From assembly GCF_009914755.1 (NCBI RefSeq), contig NC_060933.1: a stretch of 64,000 bases of DNA; one strand, written 5' to 3'. Below, piece after piece: positions 38,748-53,124 of this stretch. A program made the position numbers and the translations under genes. The notes below the pieces were generated by a model that saw only the letters and a program-made list of their open reading frames with translations, was not told the DNA's origin and searched no databases. Origin of the DNA: the human T2T-CHM13v2.0 reference genome, Homo sapiens. Every line of letters starts with the position of its first letter. Within the stretch, counting starts at the first letter, position 1.

Positions 38748-39451
38748 CAAGCTGCCAGCACAGTTGCTTAGAGAGGGGACTGGATGTACTGAGAAGAGTA
38801 ATCTGCTCTCTACATCCCCTTACCTTTATTCTTTCCCCTGGGTATTCTCAGAAGAACAAATTTATAGCCCATAGGTTAATAGGGAGCTATGTGTCTCATT
38901 GTAAGTTTCCAATGGCAGCAGAGTAACATGCTTGCTATAAATTGGCAACTGCCTACAATTCAGAGGTTCTGTTCTCAAGATTCACAACTGGTATGGAAAA
39001 TAAGGAAGTAACTAAATGGAAGAGGCCTCATATTGTTGCTTTATAGGGTGTTTCATTCAGCTGTTCTTCTTGGCTCTTCACAAAACAATAGTTACCTTTT
39101 CTTAATAAAAATACTCAAAGAACTAGGAATAAAAGGGAACTTCCTCAACCTGATAAAGGCCATCTGTGAAAAACCCACAGCCAACATTATACTTAATGCT
39201 TTCCCCTTAAGATCAAGAAAAATACAAGGATGTCTACTCTTGACACTTCTATTCAACACTGTACTGAGAGTTATATCCAGAATTATTAGGCAATAAAAAG
39301 AAATAAAAGACAACCAGACTGGACTGAAAGAAGTAAAACTATTTCTATTCTGAAAAGACATATTCTTATATATAGAAAATCCTAAGGCATCCACTAAAAA
39401 ACTATTAGAACTAGTAAATAAATTCATCAAGTTTACAGGATACAAGATCAG

Positions 39452-40197
<746 letters not shown>

Positions 40198-40538
40198 ATC
40201 AATCTACAAAAATCGATTGTATTTTTATACACTAACAATCAACATCCTAAAAATAAAATTATGAAAGCAATTCCATTTTCAAAAGCATTTAAAAAAAACA
40301 ACAACAGCTAAGAACAAATTTAACCAAGGATGTGAAATACTTATGCAGTGAAAATTACAAAATATAATTAAAAGAAATGAAAGAATATTAAATAAATGTA
40401 AAACAATCCCCTGTTCGTGGATTAGAAGACTTACTACTGTTAAGATGGCAAAGTTCCTCAACTGATCTACAGGTTCAGTAAAATTCCAGCTTTCTTTTTT
40501 TGCAGAAATTGATAAGCTTATCCTAAAATTTATATGAA

Positions 40539-41345
40539 GATTACCTGGAGTTAGCCTAACTCGAGGTTAAGGACACAGTCCTCTATGATACTGCCCTAAC
40601 CCAGACACCAGCTGCAAGTTCAGGGGTCCCCAAGTCCATCCTCACTTCTCACAAGCTGGATAAAAATTCGAGTTTCCACAACTGCCTTTGAGTTTGAGAA
40701 AGTTTGATAACTTACTGGAATGACTCACAGAACACAGGAAAATGCTATACTTATGACAATGCTTCATTTCCGCAAATAAAGAAGTATTTTAATTATATAT
40801 AAATTAGAACCAGCCAAAGGAGGAGACACATGAAAAAAAGTCTGAGAGGATTCCAAATGTGTAGCTTCCATCTTCCTTAGGATGTGCCACCCTTTAGGCA
40901 TTGAAATGTGCTCCTACTCGCTCAAAATGAATTGCCAACCAGAGAAGTTCACCATTGTTTATTTAAGCTTCAGTGTCCAGAGTTCTTACTGAGGCTTCTT
41001 TACATAGGTATAATTGATGAAAACATTGGCCACATGGTTGAACTCAATCTCTAACCTCCCATCTCCTCCCCCAAGTCAGGTATGCTGTAATATGGCTCAA
41101 AGCCCTAGCCTTCTAATCATATGGTTGGTCTTTCTAGCATGGACCGTCCCCATCCTGAGTTATTTTCTTATCATAAACTATCTACAGACTCATTTTTAGT
41201 GACCTTGTCAGCACAAACTAACAGGTGTGGTCCAAAGACCCACAATGAACAACAAAGAAACTACTATTTTTGAGAAATTCCAAGGGCTCAGAAGTTATCT
41301 CCCAGGAATTGAGGACAAAGGCCAGCCACACTCTTTATTATACAG
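40539..41345 (-). mobile_element. MER21-like ERV LTR
   Basis: gacaccagctgcaagttcaggggtcccc...gaatgactcacagaac...gaaattccaaggg...ccaggaattgaggacaaaggcca; interrupts the L1. Confidence 0.7.
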
Positions 41346-43694
41346 AAAAGGAAAGGACTCATAATATCCAAAATAGTGTTGAAAAAAAGAACAAAAAGGA
41401 ATCACAATTTTCAATTCCAAAACTTACTGTAAAGCTACAATAATCAAAAGAGTGTGATACTGGTATAAAGCTAAACATAGACCAATGGAATAAAATTGAG
41501 AATCCAGAAAATATCCTCACATTTATGGTCAACTGATTTTCTACAAAATCAGGGATGTCAAGACAATTAAATGAGAAAGCACAGTCTTTTTAACAAATAA
41601 CACTGGGAAAACTGCCTATCCACATGCAAAAGAATAAAGTTGGACCCCTACCTCACAACATATAAGAATTCACTCAAATGGATCAAAGAACTAAATGTGA
41701 CAACAAAAATTATAAAACACTTAGCAAAAAACATAGGGGCAAATCTTTGTGACTTTACATGATACCAGAAGTCTTAGATATGGCATCAAAAGCAGAGAAA
41801 ATTGGTAAATTGACCTCAATCAAAATGTAAAACCACTGTGATTCAAATAATAGCATCAAGAAAGTGAAAAGACAAACCACAGAATGGGGAAAATATATGC
41901 ACATTCTCTGATAAAGAACTTGAATGCATAATATAAAAAGAACACTTATAATCCAACAACAAAACAAATAACCCAATTTTAAAATAAGCAAGGGATTTCA
42001 ATTGATATTTCTTCAAAGGGTATGTACAAATGACTAACAAGCACATGAAAGGATGCTCAACACCATTAGTCTCTATGGAATTGTAAATCAAAACCACAAG
42101 CAGACACTACTTCACAACTATGAGGAAGGCTAAAATTTTAAAAAATGTATTCATGAAGATATGAAGAAATTAAAGGTCTCATACATTGCTGTTTGAATTG
42201 TAAAATAGTGCAGCCACTCTGAAAATAGTTTGGAAGTTTCTCAAAATGCTAAATATGTACAAAGTTATCATATGATCCAGCATTTCCACTCCCTGCTGTA
42301 CACTCAAGAGAACTGAAGACACGTATTCATACAAAAACTTGTAAATGAGTGTTCATGGAAGCATTGTTCATAATTGTCAAAAAGCAGAAACAACCCAAAA
42401 GTCCTTCAACTGATAAGCAGACAAACAAAATGTGGTCTATCCACACACAATGGAATATTATTCAGCCGTAAAAAGGAATGAAATACTGATACATGGAACA
42501 ACATGGTTGAACTTTTAAAATCATTATGCTAAATGAAAGAAGCCAGACACAATAAGCCACATTATATGATTACATTTATGTGAAAAGTCCAAAAATATGC
42601 ATGTCCGTAGAGATGAAAAGCAGATTAGTGTTGCCAGGGGTTGGAGGAGGAGGCATTGTGGAGCGTCTCTGAAAGGGTACAGAATTTCTTTGTAGGGTGA
42701 TAAAAATGTCCTACAATGAGACACAGGTGATGGCTGTACAACTTTGTGGATATATTAAACAACAATGAATTATGTATTTTAAAATAGTGTATATTAATTA
42801 CATCTCAATAAAGCTGATATTAAATAAGAATTGCTTCCTGAGGCAACCATATGTCTTGATTTAGAACATCAACACTGTTTTCATTTCCTTCTTTTTAAAA
42901 GAAAATTAACATCATAATGAGAACATTTGTGACTTCTTTATGCACACTGTACATCTCCAGTTTCTGATATCTAGTAGCTCCTATTTTTAGGGTTGATTTC
43001 ATTTAGAAATAGGAAGCTCTGCTCATGGAAAAACCTGGTTTATTTTAAACCACTTAGCACTCAATAGTATTTTTATAAGAAAAAGATTTGTCCAATTATC
43101 GTTTTTTGACCTGTTATCATATGCCAGGTACTACTGTGTTAAGCTCCCAAAAAGTTTTTATAAGAGCTGCAACTTCCCTAAGGGAGTTTATAATGTAATA
43201 AAAGAAACAAATGTATTGCACAGGTAGTTACAATATAATGTAAGGTGTGCAATGATGATGGTTTACACAGCACTCTAAAGTAGAAAAAGCAAGATCTTCT
43301 CGCTAGTTTTTAGATAAGGTGAAGCCCTAACTAAATCTTATATGAGGAACAAGAGTTACACAGATAAATGAATCTATTCACATAATCTATATATGGAAAT
43401 GAATTTATTTTGTAGCTCATGAAGTAATTGATAGGTTCTTATCAAGAAAGTGACATGTTGAGATTTCCTTCTAGAAATCTGGCACTCTGGCTTCTCTGTG
43501 AAAAATACATTGAGACGGTTAAGAGTAAAGGCAAGAAGAGGAGGGAGGAGTCTATTTCAATGGTCCAGGTGAGACATCATGAAGGCCTGAACTGGGCAAG
43601 GGGAGTAGGTGTAGAGCAGGCTTTAAGAAACAATTCGGAAGTATTATTAGGAAGTGAGAAGGATCATAGCTCTATTAAAATTTCCATATTCATA

Positions 43695-44250
43695 GCAGTT
43701 GAGCTCAGCAATCCCATTACTAAGTATATATTTAAAGGAAAATAAATAATTCTACCAAAAAGACACACGCACCTGTATATTTATTGCAGCAGTATTCACA
43801 ATAGCAAAGACATGGAACCAACCCAAGTGCCCATCAATGCTGGATTGGAAAAAGAAAATGTGGTACAAATATACCATGGAATACTATACAGCCATAAAAA
43901 AACACAAAATCATGTCCTTTGCAACAACATGGAAACAGCTGGAGGCCATTGTCCTAAGCAAACTAACACAGAAACAGAAAACCCAGTATGGCATGTTCTC
44001 ACTTACAAGTGGGAGCTAAACACCGGGCACACATGAACATAAAGATGGAAAAAGTAGACACTGAGGACTACTAGAGAGGGAGAGAGGAAGGGAAGCCAGG
44101 GTTGAGAAATACCTAAGGGGTACTGTGCTCACCACCAAGGGACAGGTTCAATCGTGCTCTAAATCCCAGCATCATACAATATACTTTTGTAACAAACTTA
44201 CACATGTACACCCAGAACCTAAAATAAAAATTGAAAAGAAAAAAAAATAA
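43695..44250 (+). mobile_element. L1PA15/16-like 3' end
   Basis: ORF2 C-terminus (WYKYTMEYYTAIKK), 3'UTR gtagacactgaggactactagagaggg, A-rich tail. Confidence 0.85.
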
Positions 44251-44590
44251 ATGAACGAATGAAATTAATTTAATAAGCACTAAAAAAAAAAGTTATGGTT
44301 CAAGTTGAGAGGCCTCCTGCATAGGTATCCCCAAAAGGGAAAGGCAATACAGGAGGAGATGCTGGGTTAGGGCAGAAAAGGAGGGCTTCAGTTGTGGGAT
44401 GAAGACATGATCAATTACTTGTCCATTTCAAATAGAAATAAACAAGTACATCACAAACAAGTGTAACAATAAAAGGGCAAAATTCTGTATCATTTCATGT
44501 ATTGACCCTAGGATTACTCTTGTCTCCCTACTGCTTGGTATTTGTGTTCTATGTCTGCTGATTTCTGGCTGATAAGCATGAGTCTTTGTG

Positions 44591-45480
44591 GAACTCAAAC
44601 AAATTTACAAGATAAAAACAAACAACCCCATCAACAAGTGGGTGAAGGATATGAACAGACACTTCTCAAAAGAAGACATTTACACAGCCAACAGACACAT
44701 GAAAAAATGCTCATCATCACTGGCCATCAGAGAAACGCAAATCAAAACCACAATAAGATACCATCTCACACCAGTTAGAATGGCGATCATTAAAAAGTCA
44801 GGAAACAACAGGTGCTGGAGAGGATGTGGAGAAATAGGAACACTTTTACACTGTTGGTGGGACTGTAAACTGGTTCAACCATTGTGGAAGACGGTGTGGC
44901 GATTCCTCAGGGATCTAGAACTAGAAATACCATTTGACCCAGCCATCCCAATACTGGGCTTATACCCAAAGGATTATAAATCATGCTGCTATAAAGACAC
45001 ATGCACACATATGTTTATTGCAGCACTATTCACGATAGCAAAGACCTGGAACCAACCCAAATGTCCAACAATGATAGACTGGATTAAGAAAATGTGGCAC
45101 ATATACACCACGGAATACTATGCAGCCATAAAAATGATGAGTTCACGTCCTTTGTAGGGACATGGATGAAGCTGGAAACCATCATTCTCAGCAAACTATG
45201 GCAAGCACAAAAAACCAAACACCACATGCTCTCACTCATAGGTGGGAATTGAACAATGAGAACACATGGACACAGGAAGGGGGACATCACACACTGGGGC
45301 CTGTTGTGGGGTGGGTGGAGGGGGGAGGGATACCATTAGGAGATATACCTAATGTAAATGACGAGTTAATGGGTGCAGCACACCAACATGGCACATGTAT
45401 ACATATGTAACAAACCTGCACAATGTGCACATGTACCCTAGAACTTGAAGTATAATAATAATAATAATACTAATAATAAA
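44591..45480 (+). mobile_element. 5'-truncated L1PA5-like element
   Basis: 189-aa ORF2 C-terminal peptide; (TAA)n tail; 17-bp TSD aag(c/a)atgagtctttgtg at 44574-44590 and 45481-45497. Confidence 0.93.
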
Positions 45481-45962
45481 AAGAATGAGTCTTTGTGATA
45501 AAACAAAGCAGAATACAACACAGTTTTACTACTCAGAAGCTGTCTGCACGTGCTTTTCTATTTTTCTGATCAAATCTCATTTCTCTGAACAGTCTGCTTA
45601 TGTCTAATTCTATCATGTTCTCTGTGCTTGCCTCTCCTTTGTTCTCTTTCCTTCTTTAAGAGCCAACTTCCTCTTTCTGCTTCTCCTCCCCCTTTTGTAG
45701 TGGACCCATCTGAGGCCTGTGTGTCTGCCTGAGTTCTTTCTACTAGAAACCTGCCTCTTAGTGCTGACTTTAATGCAAGTCAGCAATATAATTCCCTTCC
45801 CACCCTGCTATACAGAACCAGAACATTTTACAATACAATGCATCCAGGTTAATTAAAATTAAATCATCATATATAAATGACGACTAAAATAATAAACAGA
45901 TCTAGTTAGCAACACTGACCTTATTTGATGACTGCCATAAACTCTAATTGAATTAACTTTTT

Positions 45963-46000
45963 ATACTTACCTGGCAGGGGGAGATACCATGATCATAAAG
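45963..46000 (+). pseudogene. 3'-truncated U1 snRNA pseudogene (about U1 nt 1-37)
   Basis: atacttacctggcagggggagataccatgatcataaag vs U1 AUACUUACCUGGCAGGGGAGAUACCAUGAUCACGAAG (one extra G, CG changed to TA). Confidence 0.92.
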
Positions 46001-46470
46001 AAACTTGTAGAGTTATACTCTGAGTTCTTTAAAAAGTGGAGCAGCACAATCTAGATGTTAACAGCTCGTTCCAGAGCTACATGGCTTGTTCTGGATGGCA
46101 AATGGCCTTGGTTCATCACCACTGAAAGGCAACTTTCTCTGACTAGAAATAGACACTTATTCTAACACTCAGTACAGTTCCTCTAAATATTTACAAGAGA
46201 AAAACCATACCCAGTTGAATTTTGCTTCCTATCCCAGAAGGAAGTTTGGGAAATTAAATATAATTAAGCAAACTGGTATCTTAGGATGATTATTTGATTC
46301 AAGTGAGCTGGGCGAGGCCCTGTGATTGACGGTGTGAAGTGTAATATAGTGAAAAGGAACTGCAATGGGAGTCAGAAAGCCAGGTCTGGAGGAAAAACTG
46401 TGTCTCCAGCCAACTGCAATTACCACAGGCCATTCAAACTCATGGATCTGCTCCCTTAAAAATTCCTGCA

Positions 46471-46768
46471 GCCGGGCGCGGAGGCTCTCGCCTGTAATCC
46501 CAGCACTTTGGGAGGCCGAGGTGGGTGGATCACGAGGTCAGGAGATCGAGACCATCCTGGCTAACATGGTGAAAGCCCGTCTCTACTAAAAATACAAAAA
46601 ATTAGCCGGGCGTGGTGTCGGGCGCCTGTAGTCCCAGCTACTTGGGAGGCTGAGGCAGGAGAATGGCGTGAACCTGGGGGCGGAGCTTGCAGTGAGCTGA
46701 GATTGCGCCACTGCACTCCAGCCTGGGCGACAGAGCGAGACTCCGTCTCAAAAAAAAAAAAAAAAAAA
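46471..46768 (+). mobile_element. AluY
   Basis: Diagnostic gagatcgagaccatcctggctaac, gaatggcgtgaacc, gagcttgcagtgag; CpG-rich; perfect 13-bp TSD aaaaattcctgca. Confidence 0.97.
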
Positions 46769-47247
46769 AAAAATTCCTGCAAAAGGCAGAGATTATACCT
46801 GATAGTTCTACCATCATTTACTTCTGTAATCCATGTATCTGATTCCAGAATCGTGGGTTCAATGCTTTCTCTGTGTCACTATGGTATAGTTGGGAGACAG
46901 TACTTCTACTCAGCCTGCCCCTGGGCACTAGGACATGATCAGATGTCAGCCGACTTTTCTATGAGATGATGCTCTATGTGTCTATCTTGATAAGCAGTTA
47001 TGATGTTTCCAACACAGCAAATAGAAATGTGACCTATGTTTGACCATAATCATAGCTAAATCTCTCTTAGCTAATTAATGTCAATGTTATCTCTTATGCT
47101 GTGATTATCAGCATACTGTAATATGTCTAAAAGTTAAATGATTTTGCTTCTCTGGGATGTCTTGTATGGAGGACGGTAGGGAAGCCTAGATGTTGAAGAT
47201 AGGTGTGATATCCTTGGATTTATTGTGATAGCTCCTCTTACCCTCTG

Positions 47248-47330
47248 TTTCCCATGATGATTATGAACTTCCCATGATTATGTTTCCCATGATTATGAAT
47301 TTCCCATGATGATTATGATTATGAAGTTCC
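47248..47330. repeat. Short minisatellite, about 4 copies of ttcccatgat(gat)tatg(aa)
   Basis: Direct reading. Confidence 0.8.
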
Positions 47331-47384
47331 AGCCTAGGAACTTCTGCACATTTTAAAGCTCAACTATCTTTTTAAAAATTATGA

Positions 47385-47675
47385 GGCCAGGCACGGCGGC
47401 TCACATTTATAATCCCAGTACTTTGGGAGGCAAAGACAGGTGGATCCCTTTAGCCCAAGAGTTTGAGATCAGCCTAGGCAACATGGTGAAACCCCGTCTC
47501 TACAAAAAAAGTACAAAAAATTATCCGGGTGTGGTGGCGGGTGCCTGTAATCCCAGCTACTTGGGAGACTGAAGTGGAAGGATGTCTTCAGCCCAGGAGG
47601 TTAAGGCTGCAGTGAACCAAGATGGCATCAGTGCACTCCAGCCTGGGTGACAGAGTGAGACCCTGTCTCAAAAAA
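47385..47675 (+). mobile_element. AluJ
   Basis: ggccaggcacgg...cccaagagtttgagatcagcctaggcaac...gttaaggctgcagtgaacc...gagaccctgtctc. Confidence 0.92.
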
Positions 47676-48155
47676 GAGAAATGTTTCAGACATGCAAAAG
47701 AATATAAAGACTGACATAATGACTACTCTTGTAGTAACCATCACCTTAAGAATGAAACATTACCAATGGAGGTGAGATGCCCATGGCCCCTTCCAGCTGT
47801 GTTCCTCTCTTTCTCTGAAGGGCTCATTATCTGGTAGGGCTTTTTTTTTTTTTAATTAAATCTTACCTAAAACTCCTTTATGCTGAAGGCATGAAAGCTA
47901 AATGTCAGCAAAAATAAGGACAATAAAGATGTTTGAGAGAGAAAAGAATGTTTCATCTGTGATTGTGGATGAGGACCGGCATCTTTAAATACCTGTATCA
48001 TTTATTTATGGAGGGTCTCACTTAATGATACATCAGAAATATCCTGCAAGGATGGGACACCATGTTTTCAGTCTTTACCCTATTACTAGCTATTCAGATT
48101 GTTTCCAGCTCCTTAATAAAGTAAACAATGTTCTAATAATCCTGTGTGTGTGTGG

Positions 48156-48210
48156 ATAGATGGACAGATGGATGGATAGGAAGATGGGTGATAGATAAAT
48201 ATAGATAGAT

Positions 48211-48253
<43 letters not shown>
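48156..48253. repeat. Compound (GGAT)/(GATA)n STR; perfect (GATA)10 at 48211-48250
   Basis: Direct reading. Confidence 0.95.
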
Positions 48254-49455
48254 CCATCCATCCTAATGTACTGAGGCATTTTATTTCTAATGGAAGGATT
48301 CCACCAAAGTATAGGTGCTAGGTCAAACATTGTATGTATTTTTAATTTTAATAGAGATTGCCATAGTTTTCCATAAGCTATTAATTTGAAATTGAAGTTT
48401 TCAACATCTGAAGCATGATTATGGAATCTTTGAGTTTCTTGAAACATTTTGAAAACCACTGGACCTAGGATTTTTAGCTATTTTGTTTACCATGTCTGCC
48501 TATGTGGCCTTTGAGAAATGTGAAACTCTGTAAAATACCTTGATTATCCTATGATACAAAATAGAGAAAGAAAAATACCGGCTGGATGCTAGAAAATGGA
48601 GCTGAGGCCTGACTTCATGTCTTCCTAGACTAAGTTTCTGGTTAGAAAAATGGAAATAGGTCCCAATCGGGGAGGAAATAGAGCATTTATTTGATGCTGC
48701 CTTTCAGTACAAGCATTAAAATATGCCAAGTAATGGATGAAAGCCCTTTCTGATTATTTAATGAAGACATGGAATTCTGTGGAGTTCTGCTTCTTATGTG
48801 AATAAGAGACCCTCTAGCAATGCAATATTTCAGCTTCCATTTGTGCAAAATTAGATGAAACAAATTACTTTAAAAATAAACAACAACAAAAACCCAAGCT
48901 CAGAATCATGCATTCTTCTCAAAAGTAACTTCCTAAAATCAGTGTGAACAAGACTAAATGAAATGAAATAATTGTGAAATAAAGTCTAGAATGTATTCTT
49001 TGTGGAAAATTAATTCTAGCTCATAGGAAAGACTCAGTCTTAGTTAACAAATTTGGACAAAATCAGAATGTGCAGCAATTTATATCTGCTGCTCTGGATG
49101 TTTGGGTCCCCTTTGAACTCTGGCCTTAAATATTCTGATGGATTTTCTTCATAAGCCCTTAAATTCTCACGGGGTAGACTAATGGCCTTTTCAACAGGCA
49201 CATGAATTTCCCCTTTTGCAGTCACCACATATGTAGGCAGTACATCTCTAGCAAATCTCCAGACCATCCCAGAGAAAGTAAATCCAGAAAAGAAGAAGGG
49301 AAGAGGGGGTGGGGAGGGCAAGAATTGTCCCCTGAGTAAACCTGCAATGCTCAATAGTTAGACTGAATGATGTGGTGGCATTGGAGGCAAAAAAAAAAAA
49401 AAAAAAAAAAAAGAAAAGAAAAAAACACCTCTAACTTGAACTGCTAAGGTTTTTT

Positions 49456-49523
49456 AAAAGAAAGAAAAAGAGAGAAGGAAGGAAGGAAGAGAAAGAAAGA
49501 AAGGAAGGAAGGAAAGAAAGAAA

Positions 49524-49591
<68 letters not shown>

Positions 49592-49628
49592 AGGAAAGAA
49601 AGAAAAGAAAGAAAGAAAAAAGAAAGAA

Positions 49629-49692
<64 letters not shown>

Positions 49693-49698
49693 AAAAAA
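49456..49698. repeat. 243-bp pure-purine (GAAA)n/(GGAA)n tract
   Basis: Direct reading; no pyrimidine from 49456 to 49698. Confidence 0.97.
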
Positions 49699-52614
49699 TA
49701 ATCATGCAAGCAGGCAAACAAACAAAACAAGGTAAAGGGAAATGTTAGGATGCTTTCAATCAAGCCCTTTTAGATCAATTAACACCGTTGTTTATTTAAT
49801 CTCCAAATTCCATCACATGTGGCAGGCAGGAGTGCTGTTCTTCTTTTCAACTGAAACAATGCAAAACATAGTCTGGATTCAAGGAAATCTTGCCAAAATC
49901 CCTGGCAATGTATCACTTTTTTAAGCCCTGTTTTGCTTTTGTGCTCATGGTAACGTTTGCAGCTGTCGAGTGTGGCTTCAGGCTGTCTGACTCCCTTGAG
50001 AGAATTTATGTGTTTTTCTACTTCCTTTCCTTATTAGGAGGCAGGAATCTGCGACACCTATTAGAACAAGTATGCATAAAGGGTAATGACCATGAGATTT
50101 ATTAGTGGTCTGTTCTTCTTCAAATGAGCTCTCAGCCCCTGTTCCGCAAGGGCCATGCCCAGGTTTGAACTGGCCTCTGCTTTCTCGGCAGCAGGTGGGC
50201 AGAGTGGCTTTAGTCAAGGGGACGAGGAAAGATGTCGGCCTCTGGGAAAAGCTGGTTCTTTCTTCCACACCAAGGCACGGAAAAGAACCTGGAGTGTCAA
50301 GGTTTGGATTTAATGAATATGAAGTATTAGCTGACAAAGGTGAATGGGATCGAAATAGAAACATGAGCTAGATTTTCATAATAGCTCTGTGGCAGGAAAA
50401 AGGCTCCCAGAACCCTTTTGTTTTGTTCTTTTTAAAATGGTAGCGTGTGGGGGTAATTTTGTTCCTAGAGGTCTGAGATAGGGGAATGAGCCTTTCCTAG
50501 GAAAGCATGGGAATTCTTCTTTCCTCTGTTTCCAAGGAGTAAAAAGGTCGCCATTTGGGGAAAGGGATGACTTTGAGAAGCTAAAAGTGTGCTCATCTGC
50601 AGCGGACCCCTCACAAAAACGTTCAAACAAGGAGTCAGGAAAGAAGCTGCAGGTTTTAATAAAATCCACATATCAGCCCGAAAACACTGGGCCAACTACA
50701 TCTCTGCCCAGCCTCCTGCTAATGTTTGGAGTCCAGACGGAAAGTTCAGGAGAACAAAATGCTTGGGGCCAAATTCATTTTCTGTGAAAATCACCAGTAT
50801 GTTCAAGAAAACGTAATCCATATGTTTTTGATTCATTCGTCAAAACGTTTCAGTGAGCCACTGGGTGTCCACAAAGCTTGTCAGGTCATTCTTCTTCAAG
50901 GCAGAAAACCGTGTTTGGCCATAGAAGGTGGATTCTAACCCCAGAAAGGGCAGGTTCAAATTGAAACTCACTCTCAAGGTGTGAGTGGGCTCTACCTTGA
51001 AAAAATCTAATAGGCTCTACTGAGAAATACCAGGAAGAAGAATGAATACATTTTCCTCATGCAGTTTTTAGGCTGGAGATAGTAACTGGGGGAAGGCAAG
51101 GGGTCAATGTTCTTTTGAGCTTTTAAGCATGATCAATATTGTGAGATGAAGAAAATTATCTCGGTTACTCTTAGTCTGTTGAGAAAGTTAAAACTTCATA
51201 ATCAGTTTTGTTTTGTTTTTTCTCATGAACTCTCAAAGATTCTTCTCCCCCCAGCATCTATGATCCCCTACCGGGTAGAGTCATTTTTACATCCCCCTAG
51301 TACAGTATCTGACACGTTCTAGTAGGCACCCAATGAATGTTGACCAGAACTGAAACAACAAATATATTTTTTCCTGTACTGATCAATACATAAAGGTTTG
51401 CTTCCACCTTGGGTGCAGTTATATCCAATAGCTTGTAGTATTAAAGTCAGAGAATAGGCACTCTGTGTTAAGAAAGTAAAAATGATACATAGACCTAATG
51501 GTGCAGATAAGTTGACAGGAAGATAAAGCTAAAAGGTTGGAAAACACATTAATTAGTTCCCCTCCTCTATCTGGGGTCCTCTGGCTTTTTCCATTTGGAG
51601 CATGCACTGGAATAAAGAAGGAAGGAACCTACTTCAGGCTTTGTCCAGAGTCATAGCAGAAGGAGAACATTTCATTACGGTGCTTCATGCAACTCACCCA
51701 GGTCCCCCGACACATTCACCCTGAACTGCATAAATCTCTCAGTAAGCAGCAAATGAGACCCACGTTTAGATTTCTGACTAAACTTCTGGCTTCTTTTCAC
51801 ATTTTGCGCAGTCATTTCAAGTGAGCTAGCCAAAGCTGCTAATTAAAGAGAGAATGATTTATTTCATAAGTTTTCTTTTCCCTCAGGAAACATAACTCAA
51901 CTCCAGGCACAGCTAGTTTACCTCGCCCTAGTCAATAAATTACACCCACCTCATTAATAGTTAATTAGGAAAACTGGAAACCCCTTGACAAAACCTCAAG
52001 AAGGAAAGGGTCAGCCAGCTCCAAGCCAGAAATGTACAATGAGCCTGATCCGATGCTCCTTTCGTGCTCACAGGCCCAGGTGCCCAGTCCTGAGTGGGAG
52101 CCTTGGTTTCTCCCCACATGTTTAGGAAGCTCATTCTGCCCTGCGCTGCCCTCCTACAGTGAACCTTACATGCATGTCATCTTTGTGAGGTAGGGGACAA
52201 AAACCCTGTCTTTAACCTTCTTTTATAACTGTTAAGAATTTTTTCTTTAACTATGGCAACAAAAATCTAGAGATCAATTTTCCTTCAATGTAGTATATGT
52301 TTCTCCAACAATAAACACATCGCTAAGGTTTAACTTTCAGGAATAAGATACTTTTTTTTCTTTTCATAAAAAAGACAGATCGCAAAGCTCATATACTGCT
52401 GACTCAGTCTTTCCATATATAAATATTAACTGGAGGAGAGCCAGACCATGCCAGCTCCCCTAGTTCTCTATATATGGCCAATCAGTGCATTGGTGCAATG
52501 CAAGAGGCAGATTTATGTACAATGAGAAATAGAAAACTAAGGTCCACTTATAGTGCCTTGGCATTTCTAAGTATTTCACCAACATGCCACCTAACAGTTA
52601 TATAAATTTGACTG

Positions 52615-52770
52615 ATATTTCTTAAACTTTAATGTACACACATATGTCTTGAAGGTCTTGTTCAAAAGCAGATTCTGATAGGTCTGACATGGGACCAAAG
52701 AATCTATATTTCAAACAGGCTTCCAGATGACACCAATGCTGCCAGTCCTTGGACCACACTGAGTAGCAAG
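52615..52770. mobile_element. MER5A (hAT-Charlie)
   Basis: ttcttaaacttt...gcagattctgataggtctg...gaatctatatttcaaacaggcttccagatgacaccaatgctgcc...ggaccacactgagtagcaagg. Confidence 0.75.
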
Positions 52771-52895
52771 GAACTGGGAAACATCATCCACCTTCCCAAG
52801 TTGGCTGGTGGGTCTGAGTACTCGTGTGAACAGGTATAAAAACCAGGTCTCAGTATGCATTATGATTCTCCTCCTATACAAATCATTTTCTAGAA

Positions 52896-53124
52896 CAGGG
52901 TTTGGCAAACATTTTCTCTAAAGTGTCAGTTAGTAATTATTTTAGGCTGTGCAGGCCATTCAGTCACTGTTGCAACTATTCAACTCTGCCATTGTAGTGC
53001 AAAAGTGACCTTTGAAAATATGTAAATAAATGGGTATGGCTGTGGTTCCAATAAAACTTTATTTATTTCTGAAAGTAAGCAACGGACCAGATTTGACCCA
53101 TGGGCCTCAGTTTGCCAGCTCCTG
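52896..53124 (-). mobile_element. MER58A (hAT-Charlie)
   Basis: TIRs cagggtttggcaaac / gtttgccagctcctg; perfect 8-bp TSD ttctagaa at 52888-52895 and 53125-53132. Confidence 0.92.

Noticed and set aside
45963-46130. Functional U1 snRNA gene
   Set aside because: Only about 37 of 164 nt are present; no Sm site, PSE or 3' box recognisable
47248-47330. Short repeated units that might suggest a CRISPR-like array
   Set aside because: No unique spacers and the DNA is eukaryotic; it is a simple minisatellite
49431-49763. Phe/Leu/Ser-rich ORFs of 110 and 87 aa
   Set aside because: Translation of the (TTTC)n microsatellite
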